From positions 1,674,001 through 1,738,000 of the forward strand of contig CATNEN010000012.1 of NCBI GenBank assembly GCA_950097015.1: 64,000 nt of DNA, given 5' to 3'. This DNA comes from Macrostomum hystrix (lineage: Eukaryota > Animalia > Platyhelminthes). Below, one piece after another: positions 36,601 through 47,595 of the stretch (position 1 is the stretch's first letter; the number at the start of each line of letters is the position of its first letter). The notes below the pieces were generated by a model. That model did no database searches, was not told the DNA's origin, and was given only the letters and a program-made list of their open reading frames with translations. A program made the translations under genes and the position numbers.

Positions 36601-39185
36601 CTCTCTCCTTGTCTCCTCTCTCCTTGTCTCCTCTCTCCTACTCTCCTTGTCTCCTCTCTCCTTGTCTCCTCTCTCCTTGTCTTCTCGCTCCCTGTCTCCT
36701 CTCTCCTTGTCTCCTCTCTCCTTGTCTTCTCGCTCCCTGTCTCCTCTCTCCTTGTCTCCTCTCTCCTTGTCTCCTCTCTCCTTGTCTCCTCTCTCCTTCT
36801 CTCCTTGTCTCCTCTCTCCTTGTCTTCTCGCTCCCTGTCTTCTCTCTCCTTGTCTCCTCTCTCCTTGTCTTCTCGCTCCTTGTCTTCTCCTTGTCTTCTC
36901 TCTCCTTGTCTCCTCTCTCCTTGTCTCCTCTCTCCTACTCTCCTTGTCTCCTCTCTCCTTCTCTCCTTGTCTCCTCTCTCCTTGTCTCCTCTCTCCTACT
37001 CTCCTTGTCTACTCTCTCCTTGTCTCCTCTCTCCTTGTCTCCTCTCTCCTTGTCTCCTCTCTCCTACTCTCCTTGTCTCCTCTCTCCTTGTCTCCTCTCT
37101 CCTTCTCTCCTTGTCTCCTCTCTCCTTGTCTTCTCGCTCCCTGTCTCCTCTCTCCTTGTCTCCTCTCTCCTTGTCTCCTCTCTCCTTCTCTCGTTGTCTC
37201 CTCTCTCCTTGTCTCCTCTCTCCTTCTCTCCTTGTCTCCTCTCTCCTTGTCTTCTCGCTCCCTGTCTTCTCTCTCCTTGTCTCCTCTCTCCTTGTCTCCT
37301 CTCTCCTTCTCCTTGTCTTCTCCTTGTCTTCTCTCTCCTTGTCTCCTCTCTCCTTGTCTCCTCTCTCCTTGTCTTCTCGCTCCTTGTCTTCTCCTTGTCT
37401 TCTCTCTCCTTGTCTCCTCTCTCCTTGTCTCCTCTCTCCTTGTCTCCTCTCTCCTACTCTCCTTGTCTCCTCTCTCCCTGTCTCCTCTCTCCTTGTCTCC
37501 TCTCTCCTTGTCTCCTCTCTCCTTCTCCTTGTCTTCTCCTTGTCTTCTCTCTCCTTGTCTCCTACTCTCCTTGTCTCCTCTCTCCTTCTCTCCTTGTCTC
37601 CTCTCTCCTTGTCTCCTCTCACCTACTCTCCTTGTCTCCTCTCTCCTTCTCCTTGTCTTCTCCTTGTCTCCTCTCTCCTTGTCTCCTACTCTCATTGTCT
37701 CCTCTCTCCTTCTCTCCTTGTCTCCTCTCTCCTACTCTCCTTGTCTACTCTCTCCTACTCTCCTTGTCTACTCTCTCCTTGTCTCCTCTCTCCCTGTCTC
37801 CTCACTCCTTCTCCTTGTCTTCTCCTTGTCTTCTCTCTCCTTGTCTCCTCTCTCCTACTCTCCTTGTCTCCTCTCTCCTTGTCTCCTCTCTCCTACTCTC
37901 CTTGTCTCCTCTCTCCTACTCTCCTTGTCTCCTCTCTCCTTGTCTCCTCTCTCCTTCTCTCCTTGTCTCCTCTCTCCTTGTCTTCTCGCTCCCTGTCTCC
38001 TCTCTCCTTGTCTCCTCTCTCCTTCTCTCGTTGTCTCCTCTCTCCTTGTCTCCTCTCTCCTTCTCTCCTTGTCTCCTCTCTCCTTGTCTTCTCGCTCCCT
38101 GTCTTCTCTCTCCTTGTCTCCTCTCTCCTTGTCTCCTCTCTCCTTCTCCTTGTCTTCTCCTTGTCTTCTCTCTCCTTGTCTCCTCTCTCCTTGTCTCCTC
38201 TCTCCTTGTCTTCTCGCTCCTTGTCTTCTCCTTGTCTTCTCCTTGTCTTCTCCTTGTCTTCTCTCTCCTTGTCTCCTCTCTCCTTGTCTCCTCTCTCCTA
38301 CTCTCCTTGTCTCCTCTCTCCTTCTCTCCTTGTCTCCTCTCTCCTTGTCTCCTCTCTCCTACTCTCCTTGTCTACTCTCTCCTTGTCTCCTCTCTCCTTG
38401 TCTCCTCTCTCCTTCTCTCCTTGTCTTCTCTCTCCTACTCTCCTTGTCTCCTTTCTCCTACTCTCCTTGTCTCCTCTCTCCTACTCTCCTTGTCTACTCT
38501 CTCCTTGTCTCCTCTCTCCCTGTCTCCTCTCTCCTTGTCTCCTCTCTCCTTGTCTCCTCTCTCCTTCTCCTTGTCTTCTCCTTGTCTTCTCTCTCCTTCT
38601 CTCCTCTCTCCTTCTCTCCTTGTCTTCTCTCTCCTTGTCTCCTCTCTCCTTGTCTCCTCTCTCCTTGTCTTCTCGCTCCTTGTCTTCTCCTTGTCTTCTC
38701 CTTGTCTTCTCTCTCCTTGTCTCCTACTCTCCTTGTCTTTTCCTTGTCTCCTCTCTCCTACTCTCCTTGTCTCCTCTCTCCTTGTCTCCTCTCTCCTACT
38801 CTCCTTGTCTCCTCTCTCCTTGTCTCCCTGTCTCCTCTCTCCTTGTCTCCTCTCTCCTTCTCTCCTTGTCTCCTCTCTCCTTGTCTCCTCTCTCCTTCTC
38901 TCCTTGTCTCCTCTCTCCTTGTCTCCTCTCTCCTTCTCTCCTTGTCTCCTCTCTCCTTGTCTCCTCTCTTCTTCTCTCCTTGTCTCCTCTCTCCTTGTCT
39001 CCTCTCTCCTTCTCTCCTTGTCTCCTCTCTCTTTGTCTCCTCTCTCCTTCTCTCCTTGTCTCCTCTCTCCTTGTCTCCTCTCTCCTTCTCTCCTTGTCTC
39101 CTCTCTCCTTGTCTTCTCTCTCCTTCTCTCCTTGTCTCCTCTCTCCTTGTCTCCTCTCTCCTTCTCTACTTGTCTTCTCTCTCTT
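30650..39185. repeat. 8.5-kb pyrimidine-rich satellite (core ~15-bp CTCCTTGTCTCCTCT) with higher-order duplications
   Basis: Direct reading. Rare variants recur at an exact 1740-bp offset (CTCTGTCC ~33456/35196, TCTTTGTC ~33536/35276, GTCTGCTC ~33896/35636, CTCTATTTG ~34835/36575). Confidence 0.98.
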
Positions 39186-39798
39186 TGTTTTCGTTTCCCC
39201 GCTAGCTTCTTCTAGTGATCAGTTGCACATTCGCATATATTTCAATTCTTTTGCTCGGTTTTGAGCAAAACAATACTACTGTAACAATACTACTGTAAAC
39301 CCATTCCAAGTAGTGCAGAACGCATATTTTTTAGCAGTAAAGCACATGCCAGCTTTGGCCTAACCAACTGTGAGTTGCCTCAGGGCAAAATACGTTCGTA
39401 CTAGTACCCTGAGGACTGACTGTTGTTTATATAGCGTTGTTCAAAGCTGAACAAAGAATTAAATGCCGATGCATTTTCGTTTTTATCTGTGTACCTTTTC
39501 CTAAACATAGCAACTTATTGTTTAGTTACTTTCAAAAATGAAAATATATATTAGAATTAGCAGTTCCGCGTGCATATAAAGTGCTAAAAATGCTACTCAT
39601 GCAAAAATATCAGTAGCGCAATACGCGCATGCTTCTAAGATGTATTTACGGCCGTATATTGTAGTTTTCTCTGTATCATCTACTACATAAAATGAAAGCA
39701 ATACATATCAGCTACCTCTGGAAAATGTAGACGAATGAGCATTAAATAAAACGGATGAGATCACAAGTTCAGCGTACAAGTGAGCAGTATATAATAAC

Positions 39799-40074
39799 CT
39801 AGGCCAGTAGGCCGCGACACTTTGCTGGCATGCTATCATCCACATCCAGCGTCCCTGCCAGGAACGGCAGGCAGTCCTCCAGGATGCTCTTCCGCTTCAA
39901 CGCCAGCGCCTCGGCGGCGGCATCTTCGTCTTCGTCCAGCTTGTCACCTGTAGGCTGCTGCTCTAGCTTCTGTTCGGTGACGGAGCTCAGCTCCGAGTCG
40001 GTGGTCGGCATCGGTGACACCAAATCCAGAGCAGTCCATAGCAACAGGACAGATACGAGAATCAGGCGCAGCAT
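39799..40074 (-). CDS. Small secreted prepropeptide (neuropeptide/peptide-hormone-like), 91 aa
   Basis: Hydrophobic signal MLRLILVSVLLLWTALDLVSP, acidic pro-region, basic site KRK, then a 29-aa C-terminal peptide with two Cys. GC-rich ORF in AT-rich flanks. Confidence 0.72.
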   Translation of the reverse strand: MLRLILVSVLLLWTALDLVSPMPTTDSELSSVTEQKLEQQPTGDKLDEDEDAAAEALALKRKSILEDCLPFLAGTLDVDDSMPAKCRGLLA

Positions 40075-40992
40075 TTGAATATTGTTTAGGAAAATCTGTT
40101 GTAGAATTTTCTGACACTCATACTCTACACCTGTAACACTCTGATATATTAGATATATATACGCTAAATGGCCTGCGCGCGGTGTGAGGTGGCTGTCCGC
40201 AGAACTCGCGAGCCAAGCCTGAATCGCTCTGTCCCCCCAATATCTTTTTGCGTTAGTTTAGTTATTCTCAGCCATTGCCTGACTCATTCAATTGAAGAAT
40301 TCGCTCAATTTAGGCAGCAACTACTTGGTGGTAGGTAAACAAAACAGATGGTGCTGACAGAGTCAATAGCCTGCTGGATTGCCCAGACTGTGGGCTGGCT
40401 ATAGCGACAGTCTATCACAATAATCAAACTCGATGACAGGAATGCAGAATGGCCGGCCACAAGATGGCACGAAAATGTGAGTACACTGCCTCTTGTATGC
40501 TCATGTGGTAGTAACGGCACGTGCCAATGAATTTGAAAAGCTTCGCTAGACTCACCGTGTTAGTAACTACAGACTCCAATCTGTCAAAAGCGGTTCTGAA
40601 TAGGCAGTCCTACTGTCCTAATTAGATTATTCTTCATTGACTTCGTACTCAAACTTAAGCTCAAACTAAGTCGCCTTAGCAAACCCCAGCTATAGTTATG
40701 CACAATATTGTAAGAATCTAAATTAATGACAAATAAATTATTTCGTGTGGGAGCAATTCGCAATAAGGTAAACCAATTTCTAAAAATAGGCATGATTGCG
40801 TTTAGGTCACGCTCTCAAAAAAATCTGACTCACTCCGAATGACTGAACCAAATCTTAGTAATAGTTCCAAATATGGCCAGTGTAAGTGACCACATGAAAT
40901 ATTTCTGCATGCATTTTCCACAACAGTGTCCTGTAGTGTCTGGCTGGGTCACGACAAAGCCTACCAGAGAATTCAACTTTTTCTCCGTTTCG

Positions 40993-41865
40993 TTACACCA
41001 GACTTTGTTGCTTAGCGGTTAGAGCAGGGGTAGAGCAGATGCGGCCCTCGAAGCTACCAAATCCGGCCTGTGTCTCATCTCTCCACCGTCTCATCACTCC
41101 ACTGTCTCATCTCTCCCGTGTCTCATCTCTCCCGTGTCCCATCTCTCCTGTGTCTCATCTCTCCGGTGTCCCATCTCTCCTGTGTCTCATCTCTCCCCTG
41201 TCTCATCTCTCCTCTGTCTCATCTCTCCACTGTCTCATCTCTCCCCTGTCTCATCTCTCCACTGTCTCATCTATCCCCTGTCTCATCTCTCCACTGTCTC
41301 ATCTCTCCACTGTCTCATCTCTCCACTGTCTCATCTCTCCACTGTCTCATCTCTCCACTGTCTCATCTCTCCCCTGTCTCATCTCTCCCGTGTCTCATCT
41401 ATCCCGTGTCTTATCTCTCCCGTGTCCCATCTCTCCTGTGTCTCATCTCTCCGGTGTCCCATCTCTCCTGTGACTCATCTCTCCCCTGTCTCATCTCTCC
41501 AACATCTCATCTCTCCCCTGTCTCATCTTTCCCGTCTCATCTCTCCCGTGTCTCATCTCTCCACTGTCTCATCTCTCCACTGTCTCATCTCTCCACTGTC
41601 TCATCTCTCCACTGTCTCATCTCTCCACTGTCTCATCTCTCCACTGTCTCATCTCTCCCGTCTCATCTCTCCCGTGTCTCATCTCTCCCTTGTCTCATCT
41701 CTCCCTTACCTCATATATCTACCGTCAATGCGGCCGGCTGTCGTCTCTTAGGTTCTCTCTTTGGTCCGCTCGCTAACAAGTTTGCCGACCCCTGGGTAGG
41801 AGCTTCCAACCGCTGGCCGAAAGGTCGCTGACCGACGTTGAGAGACGTTGATGGGCGCAGAATTT
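40993..41865 (-). CDS. Possible terminal two exons of an unidentified gene
   Basis: Candidate exons 41723-41865 (after a long polypyrimidine tract and AG) and 40993-41067 join in frame across a repeat-filled GT..AG interval: ILRPSTSLNVGQRPFGQRLEAPTQGSANLLASGPKREPKRRQPAALT|AGFGSFEGRICSTPALTAKQQSLV*. No domain recognised and no start found. Confidence 0.28.
41070..41705. repeat. 16-bp minisatellite (CTGTCTCATCTCTCCA)
   Basis: Direct reading. Confidence 0.93.
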
Positions 41866-42859
41866 CTAAGAAAAGAAGAGAAGAGAGGAGAAGAGAAGAG
41901 CCAAGCTGAACTCTAATGCACGCTTAACTACGGTTTCTATGGTATATTTATTATTGTTAGCATGATATCTCTCGAAGATGGTCCCGTCTACGAGCTACGT
42001 GCCACGACATTTGACCTCGTTTCAGCCCTCTGCAGCCTATCAATACTGGTGCAGAAAAAGTGCAGAAAAAGTGCAGAAAAAACATTAATAGTGTATATCA
42101 CATTTTCAAATTGACTAGCCAACAGTGGGGCTCTGCCATAGACAGGAGCATTATTGCGCCGCGTTGATTCGACCAGCACTATTGCACTCAGACTCTTAAT
42201 TGTCTATGGTAAAATTTTCAATATTTTGAATCACTTGTTAGATAGACAAAAAGAAGAAAACACTGATTGAATACAATTAGACCATAGACAAAATTTCTCT
42301 CGAAAGTTAAACAACTTTTTCTTATTTGGAAACGGCTTATAAAATAGAAATTGCATTTGAAGAATGTTTCAATAAATTGTACACCGAATCACATGGCATG
42401 GCAACAGTTAGCGCAAGAAGTACACAAGGTCAGGCAAGCAATTTTTTATATCAACTTGATGGGACACGTGAGAGTTTTAATGTAAATAGGTTGGATAATG
42501 ATCTACATACAGTTCATGGTCAACATGGCATTAGCTTGAACAAACTCACAGTCACTGGTGCTGATGACAAATTTTCTAATTAATAAAGAAATCGATAGCC
42601 CAGGTGAACACACAAAAGTAAATGCTGCTTTATAACTAACTAAATTATACCCCTCATTTTTAAGCCATGCGAACTGCACAGTCGTTCAAGAGATCCCTGA
42701 AGCTATCTTTAGTTTACTGTGAGATTATATATTAGCGATTATATTATATTATATTATATTATATATTATATTATTATATTAGAGATTATATTAGAGATAT
42801 TAGAGATTATATGCTTGAATTAATGTTAAAAAATCGATTTTCGAAATGAACTGTACATT

Positions 42860-43030
42860 TTAAACTGTACATCATTGACTGTACCACCTCGACTGTAGAC
42901 TTTTGACTGGAATGACTGTACATTGTTTACTGTAAATTGTTGACTGTACATTGTTTGCTGTAGATTGTTTACTGTAAATTGTTGATTGTACATCGTTGAC
43001 AGTACATCGTTGACTGTACATTAATGACTG
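42860..43030. repeat. Degenerate TTGACTGTACA repeat
   Basis: Direct reading. Confidence 0.75.
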
Positions 43031-43554
43031 TACAATAGGTGACTTACATAAAATCCTATGTAGCCATAATACGATTCTCTATTCACAAATAGCAAAAAGT
43101 GTATTCCGTAGAGTTTAGCTAGTAATATTTTTTTGTTTTTTTATAAATCAAATAAAGTAATATTTTGAAGTAGAATTTAGTTTAAAAAAATCGGAGTTGA
43201 ACAATCATAGACTAGTAAAAATGTTCATTTATTTTTGCAGAACAGTAATCGTGATTGAAATTGGTCAAATATTGTAGAGAATGTTACTGAGCGCTGAGCA
43301 GTATCGGGTAGCCAGTAATTTAGACAAAGGCCCTGCCCGATGAGAACAAGAAAATAAGAGGAATATTAGAAAATAAACTTGCCAGAAAAACGTATCAGGC
43401 AATGTAAAAAGTATTTGAATTTGGTCATCATAAAATTGCTAACAATTTTTCATCAATTTTATTATAAAAATGCTACGCTGAAATCGTTCATAAAAAAGTT
43501 TTTTATCGCACAATTAGGCAGGCAGACAGGTGAAGACAGATTATAGACTCATGC

Positions 43555-43835
43555 ATACTCAAGCATAATCAAGCAGACTCAAGCATACTCAAGCATCCTC
43601 GAGCAGACCCAAGCAGACCCAAGCAGACTCAAGCAGACTCAAGCAGACCCAAGCAGACCCAAGCAGACTCAAGCAGACTCAAGCAGACTCAAGCAGACTC
43701 AAGCAGACCCAAGCAGACCCAAGCAGACTCAAGCAGACTCAAGCAGACCCAAGCAGACCCAAACAGACTCAAGCAGACGCAAGGAGACCCAAGCAGACTC
43801 AAGCAGACTCGAGCAGATGCAAGCAGACGCAAGCA
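43555..43835. repeat. 10-bp repeat (AAGCAGACTC/AAGCAGACCC) just 3' of the NMRK stop
   Basis: Direct reading. Confidence 0.93.
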
Positions 43836-43875
43836 GAATGAAGCGGTATTTGAGTGCAAGCGCTGAACTCGGCAG

Positions 43876-46018
43876 TCAGCGCACTGACTGAGCAGCCAGT
43901 GGACACCAGGCCTCAACCAGGGCGCTGAACTGCTCGAACAGAGCATCTAGTGAATCGGTGCCATTCAGGAAAGCGATGTCGCTTCTGCCAGCCAGGGCGT
44001 CGCTGTTTTTGACGTACATCGGCCACGTGACTGCGATGTCGTAGCCGTCGGGCACCGGATCCTCTTCGTAAACGCGCTCGCTGAAAATTAAAAGCAATGA
44101 AACGTTTTTTCGTTCTTTACTACTCGTAGTAGAATAAGCAGTGCGCAATACTAACCAGTATTGCAGTACTAACCCAAACACTTCCCTACTAACCCAAACA
44201 CTTCCCTACTAACCCAAACACTTCCTACTAACTCAAACACTTCCCTACTAACCTAAACACTTCCCTACTAACCCAAACACTTCCTACTAACTCAAACACT
44301 TCCCTAATAACTCAAACACTTCCCTAATAACTTAAACACTTTCCTAATAACTCAAACACTTCCCTAATAACTCAAAAACTTCTCTAACGACTCAAACGTC
44401 TCTCTAACGACTCAAACGTCTCTCTAACGACTCAAACGTCTCTCTAACGACTCAAACGTCTCTCTAACGACTCAAACGTCTCTCTAACGACTCAAACGTC
44501 TCTCTAACGACTCAAACGTCTCTCTAACGACTCAAACGTCTCTCTAACGACTCAAACGTCTCTCTAACGACTCAAACGTCTCTCTAACGACTCAAACGTC
44601 TCTCTAACGACTCAAACGTCTCTCTAACGACTCAAACGTCTCTCTAACGACTCAAACGTCTCTCTAACGACTCAAACGTCTCTCTAACGACTCAAACGTC
44701 TTCCTAACGACTCAAGCACTAGGATCACACAGCCACCGCACCTTCGCCGTCTTAGGAACTCATACTGGTCGTCCAGTCGGATGAAGATCCGGCGATGACA
44801 GAGCTGGTCAACCGCTGCCGAGTTCAGCACCATGATGCCTTCAATCAGCAGCAGCTTGGTCTCTTCAAGCGCCCCGTCGGCTTCCAGCTGGGCCGCAGCT
44901 GCTCGGGCCGCCTCGCAGAGACTGTCCCAGTTCACGCTGGCCACGTCTGACAGGATTAAAAACTGATGTTCAGGTAGCTGAGTGCACAGTAGAAAGACCA
45001 CCCTATCCCCCCTCTGTATAAACATCTACGGCAAATCCATATTGGTTCAATAATGTGAGCCCATCCGACATAGGGACCCTTTGTTCTCAATTCGTACGAC
45101 AATGTCTACTGACTGAAGACTGCATGCGCAGAAGAGCATTCTTCAATTTTGGCTTCGGAAACGCAGCCGTCTTTGAGATGCCGATCGGGTGCTTTTGTTG
45201 AATGTTCCGACGGTCGCCGCCGATGCTTCAGACAGTGATGAAGGGGACCCTGGTGGCTGGGATGCTGAGAACAAAGATCCCTACGACTGATTGAGATAGT
45301 TTGTGGAGCCGTCATGGTTCCATTATGAAATTTTATGAGCAGAAAAATTATGCCTATATTGGTACTGACTCCCTGACGAGAATCATTGAATATCTTGACG
45401 ATGCCGATGTTTTGTGACTATGGAAGCTCTTTTATCGGATATTAGCCGAAACTGTTTGCCCGTTTTCTGGATGGCGATTCGTTTAATAGTTTGGGAGATG
45501 CAGAAGAAAAGTGAGGGTATCCCCATGGTCTACTTCGTACCGTTATTGCAACCGAGAAGCCCTAAAGTATGACGTCATCTCACTCACCCTCATAGTTGGC
45601 GTAATTGTCGAACTCGGGCAGTCGGATGTGCTTGTCACTGTCGTATAACTAAAAGCAGCACAAGTGATAATAGAATTACAAATTAAATGATAAAGCCAGA
45701 GATGCTACTCACATAGTAGTGATCGTCCATGCTGACTAGGCTGCATTTGTACTTTCCGGACGCCGTCAGCCGGCTGCACATCTGGGTCTTACCCGAGCAA
45801 GTGGCCCTGCGTGAGGATGGCAGGGGGTGATTAGATATTTCGTGAAATTTATCTACTGCAAGTAGCAAGCATAGTAATAAAATTTTGCGTATATACTTGA
45901 TTACTTCATCATCAGGTTATCTTGAGTTCGAATCCGTACAAAAGTATCGTGTTCAAGGTCAGAATCACGAAAGAGCTTTTCATACGTACCCGGACACGCC
46001 AATTATGTAGACGGGCAT
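43876..46018 (-). CDS. NMRK: Nicotinamide riboside kinase, 197 aa
   Basis: Exons 45990-46018, 45713-45806, 45588-45648, 44742-44946, 43876-44080 (594 nt, phases consistent). P-loop IIGVSGATCSGKT, SMDDHY, LLIEG, RRRSERVY..PDGY..VTWPMY. Confidence 0.88.
44165..44715. repeat. Two adjoining related 20-bp arrays (ACTAACCCAAACACTTCCCT grading to CTCTAACGACTCAAACGTCT) filling NMRK intron 4
   Basis: Direct reading. Confidence 0.95.
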
Positions 46019-46394
46019 TTTCACAGCACCTCGAAGAATCAGCTGCAAAATCAATGCGTTTTAGGCTGTATTACTTTGGTCATACCTAAGACAATATTTC
46101 ATTAAAATCTAAAAAGCTCACTAAATTAGAGCATATTATAAAATGTAACAAGTTTTATTATAATAATATCAAGAATACTCGCAGATAAATAAAAAAAGCT
46201 AACTAAGTCACAAAAGAAAAGCTGTAAGTTTTCATTTATGCAAAAATCTTAGTGAAGGATTGGGTCGAATTTTTTTGTTTATTTTAGCAAATATTGATAA
46301 AGGAAACAAAGCCTCATTGAGAAATGATTATGCCAGGATACCGGAGATGCAGAAACACGAGTTAAAAAAATTGTACCTAAGTTTTAAGAGTTTG

Positions 46395-46510
46395 CGAGTA
46401 CTAGAGTACGCGAGTACTAGAGTACGCGAGTACTAGAGTACGCGAGTACTAGAGTACGCGAGTACTAGAGTACGCGAGTACTAGAGTACGCGAGTACTAG
46501 AGTACGCGAG
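46395..46510. repeat. 16-bp repeat (GAGTACTAGAGTACGC), ~7 copies
   Basis: Direct reading. Confidence 0.92.
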
Positions 46511-47084
46511 AACAACAACATGCAAATATTTGAAGAGCACGCGAAAAAATAAAGTACGTGAGCATTATAGTGCGTGAGTACTAGAGTACACAAGTTCTAG
46601 AGTACATGAGCACCAGTCCGTGTAATTTTAGAGAGGCTTATCAGAGTATATCTAATCAGAGAGCAAAAGTACTTCACTGTCAATTAATTAAATTAAAATT
46701 AAAAATGTTAATTAAAAATTAATCATTTCTAGCTAAATCGTATAAAAAAGGCACCTGAAAAAATGGTGACAAAAGTGTAAAATGATTCGCTTTAAAATAC
46801 ATGCTTGTATTCGAAGATGGTGCGCAACATGGTGTAATTTAAAAAGTTAATATAAGAAACTATTTAAAAAATTTGGTAAAATGTGAATGCTAAAATCATC
46901 GGAAAGAAGTAGAGAAGTTGTAGAAAATAGGGAAAACGTGCAACTTTGCACATAAGTAGACAGTTGTCCATAGTCAATATTCTGAAGCTGAGTGCAGCAT
47001 TTTGTAACTGCCTTAAATAAATCAACTCCACTACGATTTTTATTCTATGGCTCTTAAATATTAAATATGCAATTTCCCTACCCT

Positions 47085-47425
47085 CCCGCTGCACCCACCA
47101 CCCCAATTTCTCCACCCTCCCGCTACACCCACCACCTCAATTTCTCTACCTTCCCGCTGCCCCCATCACCCCAATTTCTCCACCCTCCCGCTGCACCCAC
47201 CACCCCAATTTCTCTACCTTCCCGCTGCACCCACCACCCCAATTTCTCCACCCTCCCGCTGCACCCACCACCCCAATTTCTCTACCTTCCCGCTGCACCC
47301 ACCACCCCAATTTCTCCACCCTCCCGCTGCACCCACCACCCCAAATTCTCTACCTTCCCGCTGCACCCACCACCCCAATTTCTCCACCCTCCCGCTGCAC
47401 CCACCACCTCAATTTCTCTACCCTA
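47085..47425. repeat. 34-bp C-rich repeat (CCTCCCGCTGCACCCACCACCCCAATTTCTCCAC), ~10 copies
   Basis: Direct reading. Confidence 0.93.
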
Positions 47426-47595
47426 ACGCTAATTATACGAGTACTTTAGATGTTCTCGATTTGACAATAAGCTTTGTCGCGAATTTAAGTGCGGTATGAA
47501 AGCACCGAATCAGAAGGGAAAAAACCAGAAATTAATCATAAAATGATTATTAAAACCTTTTCTTCAATCAGTAGACGGACAATTTTTGAGTCAGC

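Noticed and set aside
30647-39264. Three ~2,800-aa ORFs (Leu/Ser/Pro/Cys-rich) and RE/RD-rich minus-strand ORFs
   Set aside because: All three + frames are open because the C/T-rich satellite almost never forms stop codons; the translations are pure repeat.
41960-42045. Additional hammerhead-like GAAAC motif on the minus strand
   Set aside because: The upstream core reads CUGCAGA rather than CUGANGA, and the stems do not close.
42326-42583. 85-aa ORF
   Set aside because: AT-rich, TTG start, no motif and no splice support.
44950-45585. Unique sequence and 69-aa ORF in NMRK intron 3
   Set aside because: No recognisable domain, termini or TSD; it could be a TE remnant but this cannot be supported.
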